Assembly: GCA_013265495.1 (NCBI GenBank)
Contig: MU058636.1
Location: 4,437,741 to 4,501,740 of the forward strand
DNA: 64,000 nt
Reading direction: 5' to 3'
Origin: Vicugna vicugna
Lineage: Eukaryota
Numbering within the stretch: position 1 is the stretch's first letter; every line of letters starts with the position of its first letter. Shown here in pieces: positions 50,700-63,990 of the stretch. The position numbers were made by a program, and so were the translations under genes. The notes beneath the pieces were generated by a model. The model was not told the origin of the DNA, made no database searches, and saw only the letters and a program-made list of their open reading frames with translations.

Positions 50700-50860
50700 G
50701 AGCAAATGCTTTAGAATCAGAAAGATTGAGGTTGGAAGCCTGTACCTGTCACTGATTAACTCTCTGGCCTTGGATAAATGACTTGACCTCTCAGAGTTTC
50801 AGTTTCCTCGTGTGAAATGAGGACAATATGATTCACCTTACCTGGTGGTTTGTATGTTGC
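50700..50860 (+). mobile_element. MIR
   Basis: CCTTGGATAAATGACTTGACCTCTCAGAGTTTCAGTTTCCTCG. Confidence 0.7.
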
Positions 50861-51452
50861 TTGGGTGTGTAATGATCAGTAGGGCAGAGGGCATCACACG
50901 GCGGGTGGGGGGAACCCACGGATTGTGCATGGCAGAACAGTGACTTGCGCACGACGTAAACAGGTAAGAAGACGGGGCGGAAGGATGCAAGAAACAAAAC
51001 TTCACGTAAAAATAAGTAAGCCGCAGAAAATTAGGAGTGACGTGTGACTAGAATGTTCCCTAAATGCAACAGAAGGGGAGAGAACCAGCTTTTCTAATCC
51101 TTACTAAACTGATTAGTTATTTCCCACTTATTGACTTTTAGGCCCCGCTATGGGTAATCTCATTTTTTTCATATTGGTTTCTTGTTTGCCTCTAGAAAAG
51201 TTTTAATAATAACTCATATAAATAAGAAACCGATTTTATAATATAGAGATTTGCAAGGACTGTCTTTAGGAGATTCTGCCATTTTTTTAGAACACAAGAA
51301 ACTTATTTTGAAACTCTCATATGGTCTCCCAAAGTGCTTCCTAGAAATCTTTTTAGAACATTAATTTGGCAGAAAATAGACATCACAATTTGGTAAGAAG
51401 CCTAGAATCCTCGTTTGTCCTTTGTTTGGGGGATAGTGTACTCCATTTAGGC

Positions 51453-51472
51453 GTGTGTGTGTGTGTGTGTGT
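51453..51472. repeat. (GT)10 microsatellite
   Basis: Read directly from the sequence. Confidence 0.95.
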
Positions 51473-52771
51473 TTGTACTTCAGTAAAATAGTGTTACATA
51501 TTACAGATGTTGGCTGAGTACTCTTAAATAAACAAAAGCTAAGTAAGAAACAGCAGCACAGTCATCCAACTATGCTGACCTGTTCCTCCTTACTCTCCTG
51601 TCGTTTCATATTCACAGATAGCTGTTAAGAATTTCTTTCTGATTTTCCAAGCACTCTTCCATCATTTAAACAGCACCTCCAATCTAATCAAGTCTGAACA
51701 CTGATTGGGGAGAAACCTGTCCACTTGCATGTAAACCTCCAAGTTCTCCATCATGGGTCGGGACACCAGCTTCCTTGATTCTCCCAAGAATGGATGTGCC
51801 TGTCCCTTTAACTCGTAACATAGATTCCCTTTATGCTATTTGTGGTTTATATCACTGTACGTCTTTTTTCTTTAAATTAAAAAAATAATTATGAAGTGCT
51901 TCAAAAACAAAAGAATTTCAAAAATATGGTATCAGACACCCACCCTCAAACTAAAACAGATGCTAATAAATTAAGGAATTAAACCTTGCAGGTGCAGCTA
52001 AATCTCCATCTCTGTCCTTTCCCCACTTCTCCTTCCGAAGAGATAAGCATGGTTCCTGGCACTGGGGGACTTCATTTCTATGAAATGTCTCAATAATTCT
52101 ACTATATATGTGTATATATATATATATATATACCCCCTCAAGCATGCACTTTGTCATAAGTCCAAAGTCGTATTTCTTATCTCCACACTGGCCAAGCCCC
52201 TAGGTTCCCGAGAGCAGCCACTGTGCCCTGATACCACCTCCCAGGGCCACTGTCATGTCACCTCACGTCTCACCGGTTTTCAGTCCCTGGGGCATTTTGG
52301 GAACCCTGTGATGTCCCCTTCTCTCTTACAAACTTAGCTATGTGTGTAAAAGTAAACACTTTAGCCAGCATATCTGAGTGGCTTTAACAGGAATGTTTTC
52401 GGGTGCTGTTCCAGAAAGCAGAAGTTCTAACTTGAGTTTCACAGACCCATCACTTTCCTGCAGTAGTTCTCTCACGCCTTGTGTTGCTGCTTTGATGGGA
52501 CTGTGCATAACAGGTACTGTGTCTCCTATCAGTGTGGATTAGGGCCCTTGTATCTGGAAGAGTGAGTCTCCCAGACCTATTTTCTCCACCACCTCTGAAC
52601 TATAAGATTCTGTGACTCTTAGGAACTGTAACATGAATGACAAGTACTTAGCACGTGACAAAATTTTTTTACAATAATGTGAACTAAATGTTGGCATAAT
52701 ACTGCATAAAATATTTTATACCAAGCTTAAAAAAACAAATTTCATTCCCTTTGTTAAGAATATTTCCTAGA

Positions 52772-52906
52772 GGGGAAGGATGTAGCTCAAGTGGTAGAGT
52801 GCATGCTTAGCATGCATGAGGTCCTGGGTTCAATTCCCAGTACCTCCTCTAAAAATAAAAGAGCAAACCTAATTACCTCCCTCCTCCTCCACTAAAAAAG
52901 AAAAAC
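52772..52906 (+). mobile_element. tRNA-Ala-derived SINE (vic-1-like), well preserved
   Basis: GGGGAAGGATGTAGCTCAAGTGGTAGAGTGCATGCTTAGCATGCATGAGGTCCTGGGTTCAATTCCC with intact A and B boxes, CCTAATTACCTCC tail; TSD core TTCCTAGA at 52764-52771 and 52907-52914. Confidence 0.92.
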
Positions 52907-55689
52907 TTCCTAGAAGTGACCATACATATCTTTTTTAGAAAATATGTACAGTCATGAAGGAAAATGACTTGCTTAATAAATGTGGATGTCGGTTTTAGCA
53001 AATTACCTCAAAAGTGTGCCTTCTTTTCCTTGACGGTGGGTATTTTGTGATCTTTTTCTTAATAAAGCTTCTTTTGCCCTCATCCATTCCTTAGTCAAGA
53101 CCACTGCCAGGTTTTTAATCATAAAGTCACTTCCTTCATGGGTTGAGGGAGGTGAATCCTGACTGATTACTGGAAGGATAAAACTAGAAATCTCAGTTCA
53201 GTAAAGTTTCACCCGAAACATTCTGTTCTGAAAGAGTCATCTTTTCTTCCAGAAAACCTGGCGTGGGACTCTGTCCCCTGGGCCAGGTTACACCTATGTT
53301 TTCCAATGTCTCTAATGCTTGGCTACAGTGTACGTGTTGTTCACTTAAAAGCCAGTAAAACTGAAGGTACACAATGGGCTCTTAGCCAGACTGAGGACTA
53401 ACACTGAGTAATTTAAAATTCTTCCTGATCAAACGTGTCTTTGTGAGATTGGCGGAGATAACTTGTTCCTTGGGCTATCCAGCCGGGAACCACGCACCGA
53501 TGCACCGTCCCAGATGGTCAGCCTGAGCTGCCCCCGGGGGTTGCATGATGTGTCGTTTACATGCCCGGGGCTTGGGGACCCCTGGCCACGCCTCTGCCAG
53601 CTCCCTCTTCCAGACACAAGTCTGTACTCAGTTTCAAACCATGACTAAACGCCTTTGTGTTTTAAGAATATAATGGGATACTTATATTTCTCCATTATGT
53701 AGACGGGATTGAAATACATTTTCTATCAGTTGGCGGGGGATGGACATAAGCATAGGAAAACTGACTATGACGGAAAGTGAAGGACCTGTTAAAAGGGAAG
53801 TGTGGTGGGATAACCCTGGCAAATGATTCTGGAAGTTTCAAAGAAGTCTTGAGGTGGAAGTCTGTCAGTCCCGAGAGTCTGGAGGAAAGGTGAGCCCTTT
53901 AAGGTCCTTGTCACGCAGGAGTTGTAATTGGGGCTCTCTCTTGGAGTGCAGGAAAAGAGTTCATGTGACGTCCAGACCAAGTGACAGGAAACCTGGATTC
54001 CAGTCCTGGCTCTGCCTCACAGTGCCGTCGTGTGACGCAGGGCAAGACCCAGACCCTGTGGTCCACGGTCTCCTTTGTCTGGACTTCTGCCGAGGTTGGA
54101 GTGATGACCTGTGGTTCTTTTTGTCTCTGAAGAGCTTGCAGATCCTTTCCAAATACAGCCGATTTTAACTGTCTCCTGTACTACAGGTGCACCTGTGGTG
54201 GAAGTCTGGGACACATCCGCCACCTTCATCTTCAGAGACACACTCTCTTCACCTCACTGGCTTACATGGGATTGAGTGACCTGCTCCTCTGTTCACTGGA
54301 AGCCATGTTGTTTCCTTGAGATTCACTCCTCCGTGGCTTTACATTAGTTGAATGCTGACGTTAACTTTTTTACTTCTCTATTTTAGTTTAACTACTAGGG
54401 GCATCTATTAATGATATTTCAACCTTCCTACCATGCCACTGACCTGCATCTAGGTCCGTTCATTTGTTTGTGTATTCATTCAACAAACATTAAGCTTCTC
54501 CAGTGTTCCAAGCCCTGCAAAGGCTGGGATTGAGGTTGCAGAGTGGACAAGCATGTGTTCTGTCGTAATAATCACAACATTGTGTACTCTATTCCAATAA
54601 AAGCCAACGCAGTGTCATGAGACCACATAGGAAGCAGCTCTTTGCTCTATTACGTTCCTGAAACAGAAGATCTTGTCTCCTGACCCTTAAATCCACTACT
54701 AACCAATAAACCATATTCTGATCAGAACTCTCTGCTTGCTTCCATATTATTGAACAATTTTCCTTCTGCTTCATATTCTGGTTAGTCACTGAAATGCACC
54801 TAGTCACTTACTTCTCTGTCCCCACGTAGTTTCTTCAGAAAATGGCACTTACATTTATTTCTGTTTTCTCAAATGGGTATCAGGTGGAAAATGTTGAGAA
54901 GAGTCAGCTACATTTGGAAATCACTCCACAAAGAAAAGTTGCTCTCTAAGGTATTGTACTTACTAGTAAAGACATAATAAAAATTAGAGATAAAAATGTA
55001 GTAGTTAGCCAATTATATTTAGAGTTGGTTTATTCAAATGTATTTTTGTTCTTAATGGCCTACCCTAGAGGTGTTTGAATGCCTCAGTATTTGAATGTCC
55101 AGAGATAACCTGGAGATGTGAGATTTGTTCAGAGTGTGGCTAGAAATCAAGGGCGTGAATCTGTGAAGAGGAAAAGCAGAAAAAGAAATCTGCATAGAGG
55201 TATGACGAACGATGACAACGAAATACCGTGTCTTTCTGAAAAGAAGACAACCTCTTTATCTACATAGTTTAATTGGAAAAAGGGGGTGCACTGAAATTTG
55301 AGAAAATCAATATGTCTTGATGAAAGGAAGCAGGTGAAGGTTAACATGTTTATTGATAGTTAAACACAGCATAGAATTAGTTAGATTAGAATTAGATTCA
55401 AACAATTTAACCAAAGTAAAAGCGAGGAAGAATGTTAAGCTAGAAAACACAGTGCCTGTAGTGCAAGTTATACAGAAACGTGAGGTACATAAGCTGAAGA
55501 CAGTAATCGAGTCACTTGTCGGAAGGACTAATGCCGCAGACGCCATGCGTTGGAAGGCAGGTGGGCAGTGGCCTGAGCTGTCCTTTCTTCCAACCCGGGA
55601 ATGAGTAATACCTGCCGTGTGTCTGTTGGATTTTAAATGGTTCTCTGACCTCTTCTAGAAATTTTCAGAAATGAGGTGTTTTCTAATCT

Positions 55690-56900
55690 GAAAATCGGAT
55701 TACATTCTCTAGGTCTTCTAGTTGCAAGAATCTTCCTCATAGTGCAGCCAAATTCACCCTCCTGTGCCATCTGCCTGGCTCTGGGCTCTGAAGATGCGCG
55801 AGGCCAACCCGTTCTTTCTTCATTGTGACAGCCCTTTGTGAATACTTGAAGAATCTGGACGTGCTTTTTCCGAGTTGCTCTTCTCAACCTCAGTATCTCC
55901 CAGTTTTCAAATCATCCTTCATAGGAGCTTGTTTCCGTACTTTTCAACATCCTGGGCCTCAGTTCCTCAAGGTTCCTTTGAAACTGTGGGGCTGACACCT
56001 CTGACAAGGTCTGAGCTTTGCTTGAAGGGCCAGTGGGCTCTTATTCATCCAGCTCAAGGTTATGTTTCATTTTGAAGGGTAGTCCTATCATGTTATTGTT
56101 TATAAAGAGAGTTTAGTATTTTTATTCCCAACCTTTCTGAGCCTTGGGTATATCTATTCTAGGGTTTTTTGTTTGTTTTATTTACAGACACTAATTGAGC
56201 ACCATGCTGTTTCAGGTGCAGTGTCAGGCCCTGGGGGCAAAAGATGGATTAGATTCTGACTGGAGGATTTTATGATGTCTATGTGGGAGTGACAGACACA
56301 TAAAAAATAATTACAATGTGACGTGTGATAGAAATGTGAACTCGTGCTCTAAGAATCTAAGAAAAGAAATGAACTGCCTGGGAGGTGGGTAGGGACTAGT
56401 AAAGACTAACCATTCATGCCTTCATTCAATAAATAAATGTTTTCTGAGACTCTACTGTATGCGAGACTCATAGACACTCATGTGTATGATTCTGAATCCT
56501 CCAAGTATGGTATCAGGTCGTATTTTTCTGGTTTATCTCTGAAAGTTTAATGAAAGATTGTGAGAACTTCCTTGCTATGTTCCCTTGGTCTTTTCATCTT
56601 GTAATACAAGAAGAGGTTAATATCGTGAATAACTATTGGTTCCTAACGATTACTAATTTCTTTTCAAAGTACTGAAAAACTACTTGTTTTATAACTTGCT
56701 CTTGGATTCGAATATCAAGTAAAACCCATGTTGTAGTTTTACAGTTTCTAGAATATGCTTCTCCCCTTTCTTTGGAATTTACCATTTCTTCCCTTTGTTG
56801 TAATTTCTCCAAGACCAATAAAGGCAGTTTCATGATCACGTCTACATTTTCTCCAGATGCTCGTTTATGATTTGTTTGGCTGTGAGGACTGGAACTCAAA
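55690..56900 (-). mobile_element. CR1/L3 LINE remnant (RT region and 3' part), interrupted by L2 at about 56170-56460
   Basis: ORF 56633-56899 (ENVDVIMKLPLLVLEKL...QEQVIKQVVFQYFEKKLVIVRNQ) parallels the CR1 RT segment ELADVIAEPLSIIFEKS...LEQIIKQ; AAGGGCTGTCAC...GAGGAAGATTCTT further 3'. Confidence 0.6.
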
Positions 56901-57599
56901 GTGGCTGGGTGCTCTCTTACTATCTCTTCCTTACACTAGGCGTTTATTCCGTCTAACTCATGTTGTAATTTTAAAATTAAGTTTACTAATTAAGACAACA
57001 GACAGAAAATACTTGTGAGGAATTCAGTACTCTGACCACAGTATTGAATCCATCCCTCTTTCATTCAGTGGGTATTTATGAGTGTGAGTTGGGATCCAGA
57101 TGCTGGCTTTGGATGTACCTGAAAAGAAACATCTTTAGCTCAACAATTTGTACTTTTATGCCCGTAGCTGTGGTTCATTCTGGGCTTCTAGCCTTCCTGC
57201 CACAGAATGCACAGATTTGGGTTGCTTTCATGTTATTTCTTCATTAAGCTTCTGTACCTCTGCTTCTGAAGTCCCAGTGTCTTTATATGTTTCTGTTTTT
57301 ATTTTTCGTAAGGATCATTGGGGGCGTGGGTTCAGAATATTTTTTAAGCTCTATTCCTTTTAATCTCCCTGGCCAAAAAAAAAAAAAAAGTACTCATCTT
57401 TTCTTTGAAATAGTAACAAAGGATAAGAAAAAGACTATAGGCAAATTGTTGGGGGAGAACATTACACGGTTAACGTGTAAATAATAAGAGAATAAACAAT
57501 GGTCTAGGCACTGCACTCGGTCGAAGCTAGTCTGTACGCGGCTGTGAGTTGTGAGGGGAGCTCCCTGTCTTAAATATGCTTGATCTTTTTTCTTTAGTG

Positions 57600-58215
57600 C
57601 TTAACTTATTTTTTGGATATACATTTTTAGTATAATACCTATTCACATGATGTAAAACATAAGAAGTATAAAAACTACACAGTGAAAAGCTGCCCTCCTT
57701 TTCCTACATCCCGTCCGTCCAGTTCCCGTCCTCTCTTGCCCTGCTGGTGACCACAATTATTGTTTTCTTTATCCATACATAAGTAAATATGAATACAGAT
57801 TACCTCTCTTTTACACAGAAGGTAGCATATTATAAAAATCGTTTTGAACCTGCTTTTTTACACTTAATATATCATAGCTCTTTCTCCATGTCAGTACACA
57901 GAGAAGGTCTTTGCTGTTTCTTAAGGATACATGTATTCCATCGATACGTGTACTATTATTTACTTACCTACAACCCTACTGATGGACATTTAGGTTGTTT
58001 CCAACGTTTCATTATGACAGACAGTGCTGTAGTGAATAACCTGGTGTATGTATTATTCCAAGTATAAGCCAGTATAGCTGCAGAATCTGTTTCCAAAAGT
58101 GGAATTATGTGTATTTGTAATTTGGATAGAAAGTTGCCAATAATATGGATCCGCCAATCACACAAGAGTAACTGTTTTCCCATAATCTCACCAACAGAAG
58201 TTTTGTCCAACTTAA
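57600..58215 (-). mobile_element. L1ME-like 3' end
   Basis: CTACTGATGGACATTTAGGTTGTTTCCA (antisense of WKQPKCPS, ORF 57968-58210) plus 3'UTR motifs. Confidence 0.8.
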
Positions 58216-59956
58216 TTTACTGCTAAAGCTTATTATAAACAGATTTTATAACTAACAGATTTTTTAAGTCTTCCCTGATGCCTACAGCTATGACCTTTCT
58301 TCATACCCTTTGTGGAGAACATACCACTGCTCACCTCATTTTCCCTAATTTCAGAGCGTAAGTTGCCCCTTGTCATCCTCTCGCCTCAAGCTTGCATATG
58401 CAACAAGGATCATGTTTATCAAGGTGTTTTTCTCTTTTGCGTTGCCTTATGTTCAAAATACCCCTGTTGTGCAAGGGATATGCCTGTAGAGGGTTAGGTT
58501 TGTTGTGGCAGAAATGCAAAGTGAAAGAAGGAATTGTTATTTAGCTTTCTAACATCCAAAGCCAAGTTTGTTTTTTTTGTTGAAGAAAGAAAAGGGATTT
58601 TTAATATTTTTTAGTTCTCATTGACATATCAAAATTTAGATCTTACAGACTATCAAATGTACTAAAATCTACTTCTAATTTAACACAGCCAAGAAATATC
58701 TACCTGTCCTCAGTGAAAATAAAAGGAATTTTGTATGCAGTATACATAAGTATGTGTGTAATATTTTCAGGATGTCATAAGAAATCAACAAAAGGAGTAT
58801 CACTAGGCAAGGTGGCCAAGTGATTTTAATGAAACAGACCTGGTTATTTAGCGTTTGGATAAGAGATATTGTGCTACAGGGTAAAGAACAAACGTCGTAA
58901 TTTTAAAAACTGAACTTAAGAATAATAAAAGGCACTAGTCATTTTCTAGGTTTTGGGCCGTCTACACCAGAGGTTCTTTAACACGTGGATTCTTTTTCCA
59001 CCTTTGACCCATTCAGAATGTTCTAACACTCTGAAAAAGTGGTGCACGATAATAAGAACTGGAGAATGCTAGGGAGGAGGGCAGGGTTCATTGGTTACCG
59101 AGTGAAGACAAAGGGCTGATTTGTTGCTCTTTTAGTTGCTAGAAAAGATCATTAAGGCCGGATAGGATGCACGTGGTAAAGGAGGGCACCTGAACAAACA
59201 GGTATTGAATTTGGAGAATGCCTACAAGACTCTTCTGGGCTACGTTCCCAGGGCAGACTCAGAAGTTACCTGCCCCTGCCAGGTCCCTACTAATCTCTTC
59301 CCCTCAGAAGGGAACATTTTATCCATGGCGGTATGAGGTGCCTCTTGAAAGCTCCAAGTCTGATTTTTTTCCCCTATATGCTTAACTGGTAAAGTGCAAA
59401 GTTTTGAGTAATTACATTAAGTAATTTTTGATGATGGAATGAATCCAGTGTTCCCTGAAACTGCCCTCGTGGCCCCATATGAAGGAAAGACTTCACAGAC
59501 ACTTCAGTGTACCTACAACCAAGAAATTGATGTCAGCCTCTAGATTCAGGCTGATGGCTCCTGGAGAGAATGCAACTTCGTGGTGAATTAGAAGACATGT
59601 GGGATGCCATCTGTGAAATAAGAAACTGAACACCCTATTTAAATTCTTGGTTTTCTCTTAGCCTTTAATCAGAAATGTAAACAAGGTGCTTGGTATATTG
59701 TTCTGGAATAAACCACTGAGGCTTCCTTTGCCTTCTCTTATCATTTTGTACTGATGAAATGTAGAAAATATGCCAAGCGCTGCATCTGCATTTTTCACCA
59801 CAGGCATTTAACAGAACGTCCGCTTTCGATGTACGTGGACCTGTCAGTTGCACACACTCAGTACCTGCTGCGTGGCAAGTTCAGGTTACCATCTTCCCCA
59901 TCTTGTACTCTCCTCTAATGAAGCTTCCATTATGCCATTCGAATAGCCATGTTCTG

Positions 59957-60008
59957 CAAATGAACTTATTTACAAAACAGAAACAGACTCATAGACATAG
60001 AGAACAAA
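59957..60008 (+). mobile_element. Isolated 52-nt L1 3'UTR fragment
   Basis: 49/52 identical to the reverse complement of 36534-36585 in this window. Confidence 0.85.
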
Positions 60009-60734
60009 GAAGACTTCGTGGGAATTACTTATTTTATACATCTGAATTTCACTTCACTAAGCCTTCGTGGTGAGGACTTAACCCTGCTCAGCCCAGGAAT
60101 TAGAGGTCTGGCAAACCTTGTTGGAGCTGTCAGAGCCACCAGGGGTTCTCAAATGACCCAAAGGAAGAAGCGGGAATGGCAGAGACCAGTAAATAACAGG
60201 AGCAAGAGCTGGTACCAGCTCTGGTTTAATTGGAGAAAATAAAGAAGTGTGATATTATTGACTGTCAAGTGTTGGGGAGCGCTGCATATCTAATATCCTG
60301 TAAAAAAAAAAAAACCAAAAAACCACTGCCCACAGAAATAAAAAAATCTAAAACTGCTTTAGAGACATGCCAGGCTCTCTACATGAAGCTCCACATCTTT
60401 CCTTGGAGTTTCAAACCCACCGTCCCCCCAGCCACCCTGGTTCCATTGCCGTCCCCTGATGTGATTTTGCTTGGCCGTCTCCCTGCCTTTACTCTGTGGT
60501 GACATTGGGCAGTTCGGGATTTTTGATGGGTTCCATGTGTGGGGAAGAACCTTTGACCCTTGACTTCTCACAGACCTATTGCCCATCTCTCTCCTTTCTA
60601 TCTCCTTATTTCTCCCCCACCCACTACCTCCCAACCCAGTATCTTCCTGCACCACATAAATACTCAATATCTCAGTAAAAAGAATCTCACTTTGCAGCTA
60701 ATCAAACATTTAAATACCTTGTCATTTCTTTACC

Positions 60735-60865
60735 TGATACAGTCATTCATTCACCCAATAAATACTCAACAGATACACCAGGCACTATGCTTGGTCCTAG
60801 GAATTCAAAGAGGAATAGGCCATGGATCCAAAAAAAAGCCTGCAGTTCTGAAGGAAACTGAGAGA
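60735..60865 (-). mobile_element. L2 3' end
   Basis: CATTCATTCACCCAATAAATACT...CCAGGCACTATGCTTGGTCCTAGGAATTCAAAGAGGAATA. Confidence 0.65.
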
Positions 60866-62069
60866 ACTAGATTCCCAAGAAGAAGGCTTATCTTTGATTG
60901 TGAAAATGATTTGATTTTATGGTTGCTTGTTTATACCTGTTTGGAAGAGTTCCGGATTACAAGTGATGAAAAGATGTTTTGAAAACTTTTTTGCGTTTGC
61001 CTCATTGACACAATCTTTGTTTGCTTTAAATATTGAACAATTAATAACTGTTCCTTATCATCCATTGTGGTACTTTACGCCTTTTTAGTAAAAACAATAG
61101 TTAAAGGGCCACACACTCTGACACAGGATCTCTCAAAGTCCCCTTTCTCCGTCCACTGTGTCTTTGAAGCATGAAAAGCCTGAAACAGAATGTCACAGGA
61201 GAGATCATTTAGCCAAAGTAGACATTAAACAGCATATGGGTCATAACTTGAGAAAGTCTGGGTATAGGCAAGTGAACATGATTTTTTTTTTCTTTCAACA
61301 TAGGTGCCAAACGAGGGAAGGACAATACATTGGACAGTATCCCATTAGAACAAAAACTAAGACAACTAAAGGCCAGAGGTTTTATTTTCCCAAGAGATTA
61401 AATCTGGATGGGCAAAGATGATGGTGTCCCAAAGGACAGAGACATCCCCTGGGGAGATGCTGAACACGTCTCAAATTAATGTCTCCAGTCACACTTGAGT
61501 ATTCTTTTGGCTGGAGTATTTTAATAGATATTTATTTTGAAAAAAAAAAAGAGGCATAATAAAATCTATCAATTTAAATTCTGAAATTTCTAGGATATGA
61601 TTTCAGTTCATTTCCCATGGATTTTACTCTTTTCTATGATGATGTTTAATATGCTTGTCATGAGAAAGAAGTATTTTCTTTTAGGTTCACTACCTGGACA
61701 GTGGTAAATAGATGATGTGGAAACTTACCTGACATGATGAAGTACTTTCTGAAATATAAATTACCTTCTCTCCATAACATTTGGTTTATGACTTAAGGAT
61801 TGCCTATTTATTTTGATTTTCCCAGCCTCTAGAGTTTATGGGGAGAAATATTAGCTCTGACCAAAAAAAAAAAAAAAAGTTCCCACACGTTATATTGTTT
61901 AGCTAAGTTTTCACCTTGAATTTTCTACATATGGGTTATGATTTATGCATGAATGGTTCAGCCATTACTTTTGGAATATTTGGAATATGGTTGGTTATAT
62001 TAAATAGATCTGCCACTGGAACATGCACAAGTTACAGAAAATAATAGTTAGGAATAACATCTTCTATTT

Positions 62070-62265
62070 GTGTAGCACATTATGCATTCATGTGTAGTTT
62101 GATATTCAATTATGAAGCCAAGCATAGGAGTCAAATAATACTATTATCCCCAGTTTGCAAATGAAAAAACTGAGACTCTGAGTGGTTATGTAATTTACTA
62201 AGAAACACACCTATCGATGGCAGAGTTCAAACCAAATTGTTTTGACTCCAGATCCAGCATTGAGT
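62070..62265 (-). mobile_element. MIR
   Basis: ACTATTATCCCCAGTTTGCAAATGAAAAAACTGAGACTCTGAGTGGTTATGTAATTT. Confidence 0.75.
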
Positions 62266-62309
62266 CTGTTTTTTCCTTAAAAATTATTACTTTTTCTGTT
62301 TCTCTGGGA

Positions 62310-62530
62310 CAGTATGTCTCTGGAATCTGGAGACCTGAATTTCAATCCCAGTCCCACCATTCACTAAACATGTGGCCTAGACAAGGAACTTGACCTCACA
62401 AAGCCTTAGATCCTAAGACCATACTGTCCAGATGATGATTGACCTACATCTTGGGATTGTGAAGATTAAGTCAGATCATACTTGTAAAGCTCAAGCATGC
62501 AGGGACCACTCAATAAATGTTGGCTGTTTT
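62310..62530 (+). mobile_element. MIR
   Basis: TCTGGAATCTGGAGACCTGAATTTCAATCCCAG...GGATTGTGAAGATTAAG...CTCAATAAATGTTGGCTG. Confidence 0.75.
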
Positions 62531-62929
62531 AATTTTTATTCTCAGAAAAATTCTTAGGGAAATGTTTTAAGAGTTGATATGAGATTTCCACTCTTTGAAC
62601 TCTCAAGTTTCAGAATGTCTGGCCCAATTCTTCAACATTTTTTCTTGTTTTCCCCACCACTAATACTCTTTGGCAAAGATGTCTAACCATGCACGAGTCC
62701 CCCAAACTCCATATTTCTTTCTTTCCCGTGGTTCAATGCACAATGGTTTAGCTAATTGCCCAAGAGCACAGACAAAAACCTAGTAGTAGAAATAAACCTA
62801 GAATGTCCTAAGGGTTCATTAGTTAGGCAGCAAAACTCAATTATTTCTATTTGGTGTTCTCTTACCACACTTAGCAATGACCTTGTAATTCCACATGTAC
62901 CACATTAAGAGTTGGTCCTCTTTTTCCGT

Positions 62930-63477
62930 TTCTTCTACAGTATGAATTTCTTCTGCTTATAGTTCAATTTAAATGACACTGTTGGGGAAATTCTCAAGTA
63001 ATAAATCAAAAACTGTCAACCTTACTCTTCTGGAACTACAATTAGATGTATGTTAGAATTTCCCACTCTATCCTACTGATCTCTTAAGTTCTTTCGTATT
63101 TTCGGTCTCTTCCTCTGTCTGGGCTGTATTCTGGATCATGTCTTCAGATGTATCTTCCAGTTCACCAGTTCTTTCTTCTGGCTGTATTGAATTTGTTGTT
63201 AAATCTATTTCTAACTTCAATTATTGTATTTTTATCTCTAGAAGTTTGCTTCTTTGCCTAATCTATTTGCATATCTTTTAACATTTCTGGTTCCTTGAAC
63301 ATATTCTTCAATCTTGTCTTTTATTTATTTAAACATGGTATATATGGTTATTTTGGAGTCTGTATTCACTAACTCCATTATCCAAAATTCTTGGTGGGGG
63401 TCTATTTTTGCTGTCTGTTGTTTCTGTTAATTGTTTTTCATGATACCTTATTTCCTTGTGTATTTAGCTAGCTAGAT

Positions 63478-63513
<36 letters not shown>

Positions 63514-63990
63514 CTACTTATTTTCTTTGGAATTTTGTGTGTGACAGTTCTTTGAACCCAAGGCAATTATGCATTTGTTTAGAGAGGTTTGGCATCTACT
63601 TGTACCAGAACACGACCTGAGGGTACTACCCATCAAAGATCACTCCAAATCAGAATTTTGGCCTGAAATACTTTGGACTACCTAAGTGGTGTGAATTTGA
63701 GCTCCAAGCTAACATAAAGCTGATTTGTACACCCAGATTTTAACAGAGATTCTTTCCTTCTCTGTTTATTACCTAAATTTGAAAATATACTATTTATTTG
63801 GTATTTCCTTGTGTGTAGAGGAGTGGGTGTCATTTTCTATTCACTTACACTAAGGGTGTAGCCCTTTGCAGTCTCAACTTTATGTTGGAGAGGAAGTCAG
63901 ACTACGCCCCATCCAGGAGCAACCTCTAGACTCTACCAGCACCTGGTGTGGTCATGAATATCAAAGCTAAAGTTCATGCAGTTTAGCAAG
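62930..63990 (-). mobile_element. Very old L1ME/HAL1-like ORF1 and 5' region
   Basis: CTTCTGGAACTACAATTAGATGTATGTTAG...TCTTCAGATGTATCTTCCAGTTCAC...TTCAATTATTGTATTTTT antisense ORF1-type motifs. Confidence 0.6.
63480..63511. repeat. (TG)16 microsatellite
   Basis: Read directly from the sequence. Confidence 0.95.

Noticed and set aside
52772..52848. tRNA-Ala(AGC) gene
   Set aside because: It has A/B boxes and a CTTAGCAT anticodon loop, but also the SINE-specific 5' extension, shared tail and TSD, and three related copies occur in the window. It is a SINE.
62070..62530. Head-to-head MIR pair as a structured RNA
   Set aside because: The copies are too diverged by eye to form a long duplex.
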